Assembly (NCBI GenBank): GCA_051313645.2
Contig: JBNRSN020000089.1
Span: 2,914,001-2,978,000, forward strand
Direction of reading: 5' to 3'
Origin: Centroscyllium fabricii
Taxonomy: Eukaryota
DNA: 64,000 bases
The notes beneath the pieces were generated by a model that saw only the letters and a list, made by a program, of their open reading frames with translations, searched no databases and was not told the DNA's origin. How positions within the stretch are numbered: position 1 is the stretch's first letter; each line of letters starts with the position of its first letter. The translations under genes and the position numbers were made by a program. Of this stretch, positions 41,301-56,779 are shown in pieces.

Positions 41301-44300
41301 CATCTGACATTATCCATCTGTGTAGAATACATCAGACAATATCCATCTCTGTATAATACATCAGAAAATGTCCATCTGTGTACCATACATCAGACATTAT
41401 CCATCTGTGAACAATACATCAGACAATATCAATCTGTGTACAATAAATCAGACAATATCCATCTGTGTACAATACATTAGAAAATGTCCATCTGTGTACA
41501 ATATATCAGACAATATACATCTAAGTACAATACATCAGACATTATCCATCTGTGAACAATACATCGGACATTATTCATCTGTGTACAATACATCAGACAT
41601 TTTCCATCTGTGAACAATACATCAGATATTATCCATCTGTGTACAATACATCAGACATTATCCATCTGTGTACAAAACACCAGAGAATGTCCATCTGTGA
41701 ACAATACATCAGACAATATCCATCTGTGTACAATACATCTGAAAATGTCCATCTGTGAACAATACATAAGATATTATCCATCTGTCTACAATACATCAGT
41801 CATTATCCATCTGTGTACAACACATGAGGAAATGTCCATCTGTGTGCAATCCATCAGACAATATCCATCTGTGTACAATACATCAGAGAATGTCCATCTG
41901 TGTACAGTACATCAGACATTATCCATCTGTGAACAATACTTCAGACAATGTCCATCTGTGTACAATACATTAGACAATATCCATCTGTGTACCATACATC
42001 AGACAATGTCCATCTGTGAACAATATATCAGACAATGTCCATCTGAGGACAATACATCAGACAATGTCGATCTGTGTACAATACATCAGACAATATGCTT
42101 CTGTGTACAATACATCAGACAATGTCCATCTGTGTACAATACTTCAGACAATGTCCATCTGTGAACAATACATCAGACAATATTCATCTGTGTACAATAC
42201 ATCAGACAATGTCCATCTGTGTACAATACATCAGACAATGTCCATCTGTGATCAATACATCAGACAATGTCCCTCTGTGTACAATACATCAGACATTGTC
42301 CATCTGTGTACAACACATCACACATTATCCATCTGTGTACAATACATCAGAAAATGTTCATCTGTGTACAATGCATCAGACAATGTCCTCTGTGAACAAT
42401 ATATCAGACAATATCCATCTGTGTACAAAACATCAGACATTGTCCATCTGTGAACAATACATCAGAAAATTCCATCTGTGTACAATACTTCAGACATTGT
42501 CCGTCTGTGTACAATACATCAGACAATGTCCCTCTGTGAACAATACATCAGACAATGTCCATCTGTGTACAATACATCAGACAATTTCCATCTGTGTACA
42601 ATACATCAGACAATATCAATCTGTGTACAGTACATCAGACAAAGTCCATCTGTGTACAATACATCAGAAAATATGCATCTGTGTACAATACATCACACAA
42701 TGTCCAACTGTGCACAATTATCAGATAATGTCCATCTGTGTACAATACGTCAGACAATGTCGACCTGTGTAGATTACATCAGACAATGTCCATCTGTGTA
42801 CAATACATCAGACAATGTCCATCTGTGTACAATACATCAGACAATGTCCGTCTGTGTACATTACATCAGAAAATGTCCATCTGTGTATATACATCAGACA
42901 TTATCCATCTGTGAACAATACATCAGACAATAACCATCTGTGTACAATATATCAGACAATATCCATCTCTGTACAATACATCAGAAAATGTCCATTTGTG
43001 TATAATACATCAGACAATATCCATCTGTTTTCAATACATCAGCCATTATCCATCTGTGAACAATAGAGCAGTCATTATACATCTGTGTACAATACATCAG
43101 ACATTGTCCATCTGTGAACAATACATCAGACATTATCCAGCTATGTACAATACATCAGACCATATCCATCTGTGTACAATAAATCAGACAATGTCCATCT
43201 GTGTACAATACATCAGAGAACGTCCATCGGTGTAGAGTACATCAGACAATATCCATCTGTGAACAATAGATCAGACAATGTCCATCTGTGTACAATACAT
43301 CAGGCAATATCCAGCTGTGTAGAATACATCAGTCAATGTCCATCTGTGAACAATACATCAGACAATGTCCATCCGTGTACAATACATCAGACAATGTCCA
43401 TCTGTGTACAATACATCAGACAATATGCACCTATGTACAATACATCAGACAATGTCCATCTGTGTACAATACATCAGACAATGTCCATCTGTGAACAATA
43501 CATCAGACAATATCCATCTGTGTACAATATATCAGAAAATGTCCATCTGTGTACAATACATCAGACAATGTCCATCTGTGTACAATACATCAGACAATGT
43601 CCATCTGTGAACAATACATCAGACAATATCCTTCTGTGTACAATACATCAGACAATGTCCATCGGTGAACAATAAATCAGACATTATCCATCTGTGTACA
43701 GTACATCAGACATTGTCCATCTGTGAACAATATATCAGACATTATCCATCTGTGTACAATACATCAGACAATATCCATCTGTGTACAATACATGAGAAAA
43801 TGTCCATCTGTGTACAATACATCAGACAATATCCATCTGTGTACAATACATCAGAAAATGTCCATCTGTGTACAATATCTCAGACAATATCCAGCTGTGA
43901 ACAATACATCAGACATTATCCACTTGTGTACAATACATCAGACATTGTCCATCTGTGAACAATACATCAGACATTATCCATCTGTGTACAAAATTTCAGA
44001 CAGTATCCATCTGTGTACAATACATGAGAAAATGTACATCTGTGTGCAATCCATCAGACAATATCCATCTGTGTACAATACGATAGGGGATGTCCATCTG
44101 TGTACAGTACATCAGACTTTATCCATCTGTGAACAATACTTCAGACAATTTCCATCTGTGTACAATACATCAGACAATATCCATCTGTGAACAATATATC
44201 AGACAATGTCCATCTGTGGACAATACATCAGACAATGTCGATCTGTGTACAATACATCAGGCAATATGCATCTGTGTACAATACATCAGACAATGTCCAT

Positions 44301-44789
44301 CTGTGTACAATACATCAGACAATGTCCATCTGTGAACCATACATCAGACAATATCCATCTGTGTACAATACATCAGACAATGTCCATCTGTGTACAATAC
44401 ATCAGACAATGTCCATCTGTGAACAATACATCAGACAATGTCCATCTGTGTACAATACATCAGACATTGTCCATCTGTGTACAATACATCAGATATTATC
44501 CATCTGTGTACAACACATCAGAAAATGTCCATCTGTGTACAATGCATCAGACAATGTCCATCTGTGAACAATACATCAGGCAATATCCATCTGTGTACAA
44601 TACATCTGACAATATCCATCTGTGTACAATACATCAGAAAATGTACATCCGTGTACAATACATCAGACAATATCCATCTGTGTACAATACATCAGCCATT
44701 ATCCATCTGCGAACAATAGAGCAGACATTATCCATCTGTGTACAATACATCGGATATGTCCATCTGTGAACATTACACCAGATATTATC

Positions 44790-47700
44790 CATCTGTGTAC
44801 AATACATCAGACATTATCCATCTGTGTACAATACATCAGAGAACGTCCATCTGTGTAGAGTACATTAGACAATATCCATCTGTGAACAATATATCGGACA
44901 ATGTGCATCTGTGTACAATACATCAGAGAACGTCCACCTATGTAGAGTACATCAGACAATATCCATCTGTGAACAATACATCGGACAATGTCCATCTGTG
45001 TACAATACACCAGACAATATCCAGCTGTGTAGAATACATCAGACAATGTCCATCTGTGAGCAATACATCAGACTATGTCCATCTGTGTACAATACATCAG
45101 ACAATGTCCATCTGTGTACAATACATCAGACAATATGCAACTGTGTACAATACATCAGTCAATGTCCATCTGTGTACAATACATCAGACAATGTCCATCT
45201 GTGAACAATACATCAGACAATATCCATCTGTGTACAATACTTCAGACAATGTCCATCTGTGTACAATACATCAGACAATGTCCATCTGTGTACAATACAT
45301 CAGACAAATGTCCATCTGTGTACAATACATCAGACAATATCCATCTGCGAACAATACATCAGACAGTTTCCATCTGTGAACAATACGTCAGACAATATCC
45401 ATCTTTGTACAATACATCAGAAAATATCCATCTCTGAACAATATATCAGACAATATCCATCTGTGTACAATACATCAGACAAATGTCCATCTGTGTACAA
45501 TATATCAGACAATATCCATCACTGTACAATACATCAGACAATTTCCATCTGTGTACCATACATCAGACATTATCCATCTGTGAACAATACATCAGACAAT
45601 ATCCATCTGTGTACAATAAATCAGACAATATCCATCTGTGTACAATAGATCAGAAAATGTCCATCTGTGTACAATACATCAGACAATATCCATCTGTGTA
45701 CAAAACATCAGACATTATCCATCTGTGAACTATACATCGGACATTATCCATCTGTGTACAATACATCAGACAATTTCCTTCTGTGAACAATACATCAGAC
45801 ATTATCCATCTGTGTACAATACATCAGACAATATCCATCTGTGTACAATACACCAGAGAATGTCCATCTGTGAACAATACATCAGACAATATCCATCTGT
45901 GTACAATACATCAGAAAATGTCCATCTGTTAACAATACATAAGACATTATCCATCTGTCTACAATACATCAGACATTATCCTTCTGTGTACAATACATGA
46001 GAAAATGTGCATCTGTATGCAATCCATCATACAATATCCATCTGTGTACAATACATCATAGAATGTCCATCTGTGTACAGTATATCAGATATTATCCATC
46101 TGTGAACAATACTTCAGACAATGTCCATCTGTGTACAATGCATCAGACAATATCCATCTGTGTAGAATACATCAGACAATGTCCATCTGTGAACAATGCA
46201 TCACACAATGTCCGTCTGTGGACAATACATCAGACAATGTCGATCTGTGTACAATACATCAGACAATATGCTTCTGTGTACAATACGTCAGACAATGTCC
46301 ATCTGTGTACAATACTTCAGACAATGTCCATCTGTGAACAATACATCAGACAATATTCATCTGTGTACAATACATCAGACAATGTCCATCTGTGTACAAT
46401 ACATCAGGCAATGTCCATCTGTGATCAATACATCAGACAATGTCCCTCTGTGTACAATACATCAGACATTGTCCATCTGTGTACAATACATCACACATTA
46501 TCCATCTGTGTACAATACATCAGAAAATGTTCATCTTTGTACAATGCATCAGACAATGTCCTCTGTGAACAATACATCAGACAATATCCATCTGTGTACA
46601 AAATATCAGACATTGTCCATCTGTGAACAATACATCAGACAATACCATCTGTGTATAATACATCAGACAGTGTCCGTCTGTGTACAATACATCAGACAAT
46701 GTCCATCTGTGAAAAATACATCAGACAATGTCCATCTTTGTACAATACATCAGACAATGTCCATCTGTGAACAATACATCAGACAATATCCATCTGTGTA
46801 CAATACATCAGACAATGTCCATCTGTGAACAATACATCAGACAATGTCCATCTGTGAACAATACATCAGACATTGTCCATCTGTGTACAATACATCCGAG
46901 ATTTTCCATCTGTGTACTATACATCAGACATTGTCCATCTGTGTACAATACATCAGACAATATCCATCTGTGTACAATACATTAGACAATGTCCATCTGT
47001 GAACAATAAATCAGACAATGTTCATCTGTGAACAATACATCATACAATGTCCATCTTTGTACAATACATCAGACAATATCCATCTGTGTACAATACATCA
47101 GACAATATGCATCTGTGAACATTACATCAGACAATGTCCATCTTTGTACAATATATCAGAAAATTTCCATCTGTGAACAATCCATAAGAAAATATCCATC
47201 TGTGCACACTAAATCAGACAATGTGCATCTGTGTACAATAGATCAGAAAATGTCCGTGTGTGAACAATTCATAAGACATTATCCAACTGTGTACAATATA
47301 TCAGACATTATCCATCTGTGTACAATACATCAGATAATGTCCATCTGTGAACAATACATAAGACATTATCCATCTGTGTATAATACATCAGACAGTGTCC
47401 GTCTTTGTACAATATATCAGACAATGTCCATCTGTGAAAAATACATCAGACAATGTCCATCTTTGTACAATACATCAGACAATGTCCATCTGTGAACAAT
47501 ACATCAGACAATATCCATCTGTGTACAATACATCAGACAATGTCCATCTGTGAACAATACATCAGACAATGTCCATCTGTGAACAATACATCAGACAATG
47601 TCCATCTGTGTACAATACATCAGACATTGTCCATCTGTGTACAATACATCAGATATTATCCATCTGTGTACAATACATCAGAAAATGTCCATCTGTGTAC

Positions 47701-50700
47701 AATGCTTCAGACAATGTCCATCTGTGAACAATACATCAGGCAATATCCATCTGTGTACAATACATCAGACAATATCCATCTGTGTACAATACATCAGAAA
47801 ATGTACATCCGTGTACAATACATCAGACAATATCCATCTGTGTACAATACATCAGCCATTATCCATCTGCGAACAATAGAGCAGACATTATCCATCTGTG
47901 TACAATATATCGGATATGTCCATCTGTGAACATTACACCAGACATTATCCATCTTTGTACAATACATCAGACATTATCCATCTGTGTACAATACATCAGA
48001 GAACGTCCATCTGTGTAGAGTACATCAGACAATATCCATCTGTGAACAATATATCGGACAATGTCCATCTGTGTACAATACATCAGAGAACGTCCACCTG
48101 TGTAGAGTACATCAGACAATTTCCATCTGTGAACAATACATCGGACAATGTCCATCTGTGTACAATACATCAGACAATATCCAGCTGTGTAGAATACATC
48201 AGACAATGTCCATCTGTGAGCAATACATCAGACAATGTCCATCTGTGTACAATACATCAGACATTATCCATCTGTGTACAATACATCAGAGAACGTCCAT
48301 CTGTGTAGAGTACATTAGACAATATCCATCTGTGAACAATATATCGGACAATGTGCATCTGTGTACAATACATCAGAGAACGTCCACCTATGTAGAGTAC
48401 ATCAGACAATATCCATCTGTGAACAATACATCGGACAATGTCCATCTGTGTACAATACATCAGACAATATCCAGCTGTGTAGAATACATCAGACAATGTC
48501 CATCTGTGAGCAATACATCAGACTATGTCCATCTGTGTACAATACATCAGACAATGTCCATCTGTGTACAATACATCAGACAATATGCAACTGTGTACAA
48601 TACATCAGTCAATGTCCATCTGTGTACAATACATCAGACAATGTCCATCTGTGAACAATACATCAGACAATATCCATCTGTGTACAATACTTCAGACAAT
48701 GTCCATCTGTGTACAATACATCAGACAATGTCCATCTGTGTACAATACATCAGACAAATGTCCATCTGTGTACAATACATCAGACAATATCCATCTGCGA
48801 ACAATACATCAGACAGTTTCCATCTGTGAACAATACGTCAGACAATATCCATCTTTGTACAATACATCAGAAAATATCCATCTCTGAACAATATATCAGA
48901 CAATATCCATCTGTGTACAATACATCAGACAAATGTCCATCTGTGTACAATATATCAGACAATATCCATCACTGTACAATACATCAGACAATTTCCATCT
49001 GTGTACCATACATCAGACATTATCCATCTGTGAACAATACATCAGACAATATCCATCTGTGTACAATAAATCAGACAATATCCATCTGTGTACAATAGAT
49101 CAGAAAATGTCCATCTGTGTACAATACATCAGACAATATCCATCTGTGTACAAAACATCAGACATTATCCATCTGTGAACTATACATCGGACATTATCCA
49201 TCTGTGTACAATACATCAGACAATTTCCTTCTGTGAACAATACATCAGACATTATCCATCTGTGTACAATACATCAGACAATATCCATCTGTGTACAATA
49301 CACCAGAGAATGTCCATCTGTGAACAATACATCAGACAATATCCATCTGTGTACAATACATCAGAAAATGTCCATCTGTTAACAATACATAAGACATTAT
49401 CCATCTGTCTACAATACATCAGACATTATCCTTCTGTGTACAATACATGAGAAAATGTGCATCTGTGTGCAATCCATCATACAATATCCATCTGTGTACA
49501 ATACATCATAGAATGTCCATCTGTGTACAGTATATCAGACATTATCCATCTGTGAACAATACTTCAGACAATGTCCATCTGTGTACAATGCATCAGACAA
49601 TATCCATCTGTGTAGAATACATCAGACAATGTCCATCTGTGAACAATGCATCACACAATGTCCGTCTGTGGACAATACATCAGACAATGTCGATCTGTGT
49701 ACAATACATCAGACAATATGCTTCTGTGTACAATACGTCAGACAATGTCCATCTGTGTACAATACTTCAGACAATGTCCATCTGTGAACAATACATCAGA
49801 CAATATTCATCTGTGTACAATACATCAGACAATGTCCATCTGTGTACAATACATCAGGCAATGTCCATCTGTGATCAATACATCAGACAATGTCCCTCTG
49901 TGTACAATACATCAGACATTGTCCATCTGTGTACAATACATCACACATTATCCATCTGTGTACAATACATCAGAAAATGTTCATCTTTGTACAATGCATC
50001 AGACAATGTCCTCTGTGAACAATACATCAGACAATATCCATCTGTGTACAAAATATCAGACATTGTCCATCTGTGAACAATACATCAGACAATACCATCT
50101 GTGTATAATACATCAGACAGTGTCCGTCTGTGTACAATACATCAGACAATGTCCATCTGTGAAAAATACATCAGACAATGTCCATCTTTGTACAATACAT
50201 CAGACAATGTCCATCTGTGAACAATACATCAGACAATATCCATCTGTGTACAATACATCAGACAATGTCCATCTGTGAACAATACATCAGACAATGTCCA
50301 TCTGTGAACAATACATCAGACATTGTCCATCTGTGTACAATACATCCGAGATTTTCCATCTGTGTACTATACATCAGACATTGTCCATCTGTGTACAATA
50401 CATCAGACAATATCCATCTGTGTACAATACATTAGACAATGTCCATCTGTGAACAATAAATCAGACAATGTTCATCTGTGAACAATACATCATACAATGT
50501 CCATCTTTGTACAATACATCAGACAATATCCATCTGTGTACAATACATCAGACAATATGCATCTGTGAACATTACATCAGACAATGTCCATCTTTGTACA
50601 ATATATCAGAAAATTTCCATCTGTGAACAATCCATAAGAAAATATCCATCTGTGCACAGTAAATCAGACAATGTGCATCTGTGTACAATAGATCAGAAAA

Positions 50701-53700
50701 TGTCCGTGTGTGAACAATTCATAAGACATTATCCAACTGTGTACAATATATCAGACATTATCCATCTGTGTACAATACATCAGATAATGTCCATCTGTGA
50801 ACAATACATAAGACATTATCCATCTGTGTATAATACATCAGACAGTGTCCGTCTTTGTACAATATATCAGACAATGTCCATCTGTGAAAAATACATCAGA
50901 CAATGTCCATCTTTGTACAATACATCAGACAATGTCCATCTGTGAACAATACATCAGACAATATCCATCTGTGTACAATACATCAGACAATGTCCATCTG
51001 TGAACAATACATCAGACAATGTCCATCTGTGAACAATACATCAGACAATGTCCATCTGTGTACAATACATCAGACATTGTCCATCTGTGTACAATACATC
51101 AGATATTATCCATCTGTGTACAATACATCAGAAAATGTCCATCTGTGTACAATGCTTCAGACAATGTCCATCTGTGAACAATACATCAGGCAATATCCAT
51201 CTGTGTACAATACATCAGACAATATCCATCTGTGTACAATACATCAGAAAATGTACATCCGTGTACAATACATCAGACAATATCCATCTGTGTACAATAC
51301 ATCAGCCATTATCCATCTGCGAACAATAGAGCAGACATTATCCATCTGTGTACAATATATCGGATATGTCCATCTGTGAACATTACACCAGACATTATCC
51401 ATCTTTGTACAATACATCAGACATTATCCATCTGTGTACAATACATCAGAGAACGTCCATCTGTGTAGTGTACATCAGACAATATCCATCTGTGAACAAT
51501 ATATCGGACAATGTCCATCTGTGTACAATACATCAGAGAACGTCCACCTGTGTAGAGTACATCAGACAATTTCCATCTGTGAACAATACATCGGACAATG
51601 TCCATCTGTGTACAATACATCAGACAATATCCAGCTGTGTAGAATACATCAGACAATGTCCATCTGTGAGCAATACATCAGACAATGTCCATCTGTGTAC
51701 AATACATCAGACATTATCCATCTGTGTACAATACATCAGAGAACGTCCATCTGTGTAGAGTACATTAGACAATATCCATCTGTGAACAATATATCGGACA
51801 ATGTGCATCTGTGTACAATACATCAGAGAACGTCCACCTATGTAGAGTACATCAGACAATATCCATCTGTGAACAATACATCGGACAATGTCCATCTGTG
51901 TACAATACATCAGACAATATCCAGCTGTGTAGAATACATCAGACAATGTCCATCTGTGAGCAATACATCAGACTATGTCCATCTGTGTACAATACATCAG
52001 ACAATGTCCATCTGTGTACAATACATCAGACAATATGCAACTGTGTACAATACATCAGTCAATGTCCATCTGTGTACAATACATCAGACAATGTCCATCT
52101 GTGAACAATACATCAGACAATATCCATCTGTGTACAATACTTCAGACAATGTCCATCTGTGTACAATACATCAGACAATGTCCATCTGTGTACAATACAT
52201 CAGACAAATGTCCATCTGTGTACAATACATCAGACAATATCCATCTGCGAACAATACATCAGACAGTTTCCATCTGTGAACAATACGTCAGACAATATCC
52301 ATCTTTGTACAATACATCAGAAAATATCCATCTCTGAACAATCTATCAGACAATATCCATCTGTGTACAATACATCAGACAAATGTCCATCTGTGTACAA
52401 TATATCAGACAATATCCATCACTGTACAATACATCAGACAATTTCCATCTGTGTACCATACATCAGACATTATCCATCTGTGAACAATACATCAGACAAT
52501 ATCCATCTGTGTACAATAAATCAGACAATATCCATCTGTGTACAATAGATCAGAAAATGTCCATCTGTGTACAATACATCAGACAATATCCATCTGTGTA
52601 CAAAACATCAGACATTATCCATCTGTGAACTATACATCGGACATTATCCATCTGTGTACAATACATCAGACAATTTCCTTCTGTGAACAATACATCAGAC
52701 ATTATCCATCTGTGTACAATACATCAGACAATATCCATCTGTGTACAATACACCAGAGAATGTCCATCTGTGAACAATACATCAGACAATATCCATCTGT
52801 GTACAATACATCAGAAAATGTCCATCTGTTAACAATACATAAGACATTATCCATCTGTCTACAATACATCAGACATTATCCTTCTGTGTACAATACATGA
52901 GAAAATGTGCATCTGTGTGCAATCCATCATACAATATCCATCTGTGTACAATACATCATAGAATGTCCATCTGTGTACAGTATATCAGACATTATCCATC
53001 TGTGAACAATACTTCAGACAATGTCCATCTGTGTACAATGCATCAGACAATATCCATCTGTGTAGAATACATCAGACAATGTCCATCTGTGAACAATGCA
53101 TCACACAATGTCCGTCTGTGGACAATACATCAGACAATGTCGATCTGTGTACAATACATCAGACAATATGCTTCTGTGTACAATACGTCAGACAATGTCC
53201 ATCTGTGTACAATACTTCAGACAATGTCCATCTGTGAACAATACATCAGACAATATTCATCTGTGTACAATACATCAGACAATGTCCATCTGTGTACAAT
53301 ACATCAGGCAATGTCCATCTGTGATCAATACATCAGACAATGTCCCTCTGTGTACAATACATCAGACATTGTCCATCTGTGTACAATACATCACACATTA
53401 TCCATCTGTGTACAATACATCAGAAAATGTTCATCTTTGTACAATGCATCAGACAATGTCCTCTGTGAACAATACATCAGACAATATCCATCTGTGTACA
53501 AAATATCAGACATTGTCCATCTGTGAACAATACATCAGACAATACCATCTGTGTATAATACATCAGACAGTGTCCGTCTGTGTACAATACATCAGACAAT
53601 GTCCATCTGTGAAAAATACATCAGACAATGTCCATCTTTGTACAATACATCAGACAATGTCCATCTGTGAACAATACATCAGACAATATCCATCTGTGTA

Positions 53701-55139
53701 CAATACATCAGACAATGTCCATCTGTGAACAATACATCAGACAATGTCCATCTGTGAACAATACATCAGACATTGTCCATCTGTGTACAATACATCCGAG
53801 ATTTTCCATCTGTGTACTATACATCAGACATTGTCCATCTGTGTACAATACATCAGACAATATCCATCTGTGTACAATACATTAGACAATGTCCATCTGT
53901 GAACAATAAATCAGACAATGTTCATCTGTGAACAATACATCATACAATGTCCATCTTTGTACAATACATCAGACAATATCCATCTGTGTACAATACATCA
54001 GACAATATGCATCTGTGAACATTACATCAGACAATGTCCATCTTTGTACAATATATCAGAAAATTTCCATCTGTGAACAATCCATAAGAAAATATCCATC
54101 TGTGCACAGTAAATCAGACAATGTGCATCTGTGTACAATAGATCAGAAAATGACCGTGTGTGAACAATTCATAAGACATTATCCAACTGTGTACAATATA
54201 TCAGACATTATCCATCTGTGTACAATACATCAGATAATGTCCATCTGTGAACAATACATAAGACATTATCCATCTGTGTATAATACATCAGACAGTGTCC
54301 GTCTTTGTACAATATATCAGACAATGTCCATCTGTGAAAAATACATCAGACAATGTCCATCTTTGTACAATACATCAGACAATGTCCATCTGTGAACAAT
54401 ACATCAGACAATATCCATCTGTGTACAATACATCAGACAATGTCCATCTGTGAACAATACATCAGACAATGTCCATCTGTGAACAATACATCAGACAATG
54501 TCCATCTGTGTACAATACATCAGACATTGTCCATCTGTGTACAATACATCAGATATTATCCATCTGTGTACAATACATCAGAAAATGTCCATCTGTGTAC
54601 AATGCTTCAGACAATGTCCATCTGTGAACAATACATCAGGCAATATCCATCTGTGTACAATACATCAGACAATATCCATCTGTGTACAATACATCAGAAA
54701 ATGTACATCCGTGTACAATACATCAGACAATATCCATCTGTGTACAATACATCAGCCATTATCCATCTGCGAACAATAGAGCAGACATTATCCATCTGTG
54801 TACAATATATCGGATATGTCCATCTGTGAACATTACACCAGACATTATCCATCTTTGTACAATACATCAGACATTATCCATCTGTGTACAATACATCAGA
54901 GAACGTCCATCTGTGTAGAGTACATCAGACAATATCCATCTGTGAAGAATATATCGGACAATGTCCATCTGTGTACAATACATCAGAGAACGTCCACCTG
55001 TGTAGAGTACATCAGACAATTTCCATCTGTGAACAATACATCGGACAATGTCCATCTGTGTACAATACATCAGACAATATCCAGCTGTGTAGAATACATC
55101 AGACAATGTCCATCTGTGAGCAATACATCAGACAATGTC
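44790..55139 (+). repeat. Tandem higher-order repeat, 3 x 3450 bp (~119 monomers)
   Basis: ORF translations recur at +3450 and +6900 (44807/48257/51707, 45075/48525/51975, 46196/49646/53096, 47453/50903/54353, 47967/51417/54867). Only a handful of substitutions separate the copies. Boundaries are approximate. Confidence 0.93.
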
Positions 55140-56779
55140 CATCTGTGTACAATACATCAGACAATGTCCATCTGTGTACAATACATCAGACAAATGTCCA
55201 TCTGTGTACAATACATCAGACAATATCCATCTGCGAACAATACATCAGACAGTTTCCATCTGTGAACAACACGTCAGACAATATCCATCTTTGTATAATA
55301 CATCAGAAAATATCCATCACTGAACAATATATCAGACAATATCCATCTGTGTACAATACATCAGACAAATGTCCATCTGTGTACAATATATCAGACAATA
55401 TCCATCACTGTACAATATATCAGACAATTTCCATCTGTGTACAATACATCAGACAATATCCATCTGTGAACAATATATCAGAAAATTTCCATCTGTGCAC
55501 AATACATAAGATATTATCAATCTGGTAACAATAAATCTGACATTATTCATCTGTGTAGAATACATCAGTCAATATCCATCTCTGTATAATACATCAGAAA
55601 ATGTCCATCTGTGTACCATACATCAGACATTATCCATCTGTGAACAATACATCAGACAATATCCATCTGTGTACAATAAATCAGACAATATCCATCTGTG
55701 TACAATAGATCAGAAAATGTCCATCTGTGTACAATACATCAGACAATATCCATCTGTGTACAAAACATCAGACATTATCCATCTGTGAACTATACATCGG
55801 ACATTATCCATCTGTGTACAATACATCAGACAATTTCCTTCTGTGAACAATACATCAGACATTATCCATCTGTGTACAATACATCAGACAATATCCATCT
55901 GTGTACAATACACCAGAGATTTTCCATCTGTGAACAATACATCAGACAATATCCATCTGTGTACAATACATCAGAAAATGTCCGTCTGTTAACAATACAT
56001 AAGACATTATCCATCTGTCTACAATACATCAGACATTATCCTTCTGTGTACAATACATGAGAAAATGTGCATCTGTGTACAATCCATCAGACAATATCCA
56101 TCTGTGTACAATACATCAGAGAATGTCCATCTGTGTATAATATATCAGACATTATCCATCTGTGAACAATACTTCAGACAATGTCCATCTGTGTACAATG
56201 CATCAGACAATATCCATCTGTGTAGAATACATCAGACAATGTCCATCTGTGAACAATGCATCACACAATGTCCGTCTGTGGACAATACATCAGACAATGT
56301 CCATCTGTGTACAATACATCAGACAATATGCTTCTGTGTACAATACGTCAGACAATGTCCATCTATGTACAATACTTCAGACAATGTCCATCTGTGAACA
56401 ATACATCAGACAATATTCATCTGTGTACAATACATCAGACAATGTCCATCTGTGTACAATACATCAGGCAATGTCCATCTGTGAACAATACATCAGACAA
56501 TGTACCTCTGTGTACAATACATCAGACATTGTCCATCTGTGTACAATACATCACACATTATCCATCTGTGTACAATACATCAGAAAATGTTCATCTTTGT
56601 ACAATGCATCAGACAATGTCCTCTGTGAACAATACATCAGACAATATCCATCTGTGTACAAAATATCAGACATTGTCCATCTGTGAACAATACATCAGAC
56701 AATACCATCTGTGTATAATACATCAGACAGTGTCCGTCTGTGTACAATACATCAGACAATGTCCATCTGTGAAAAATAC

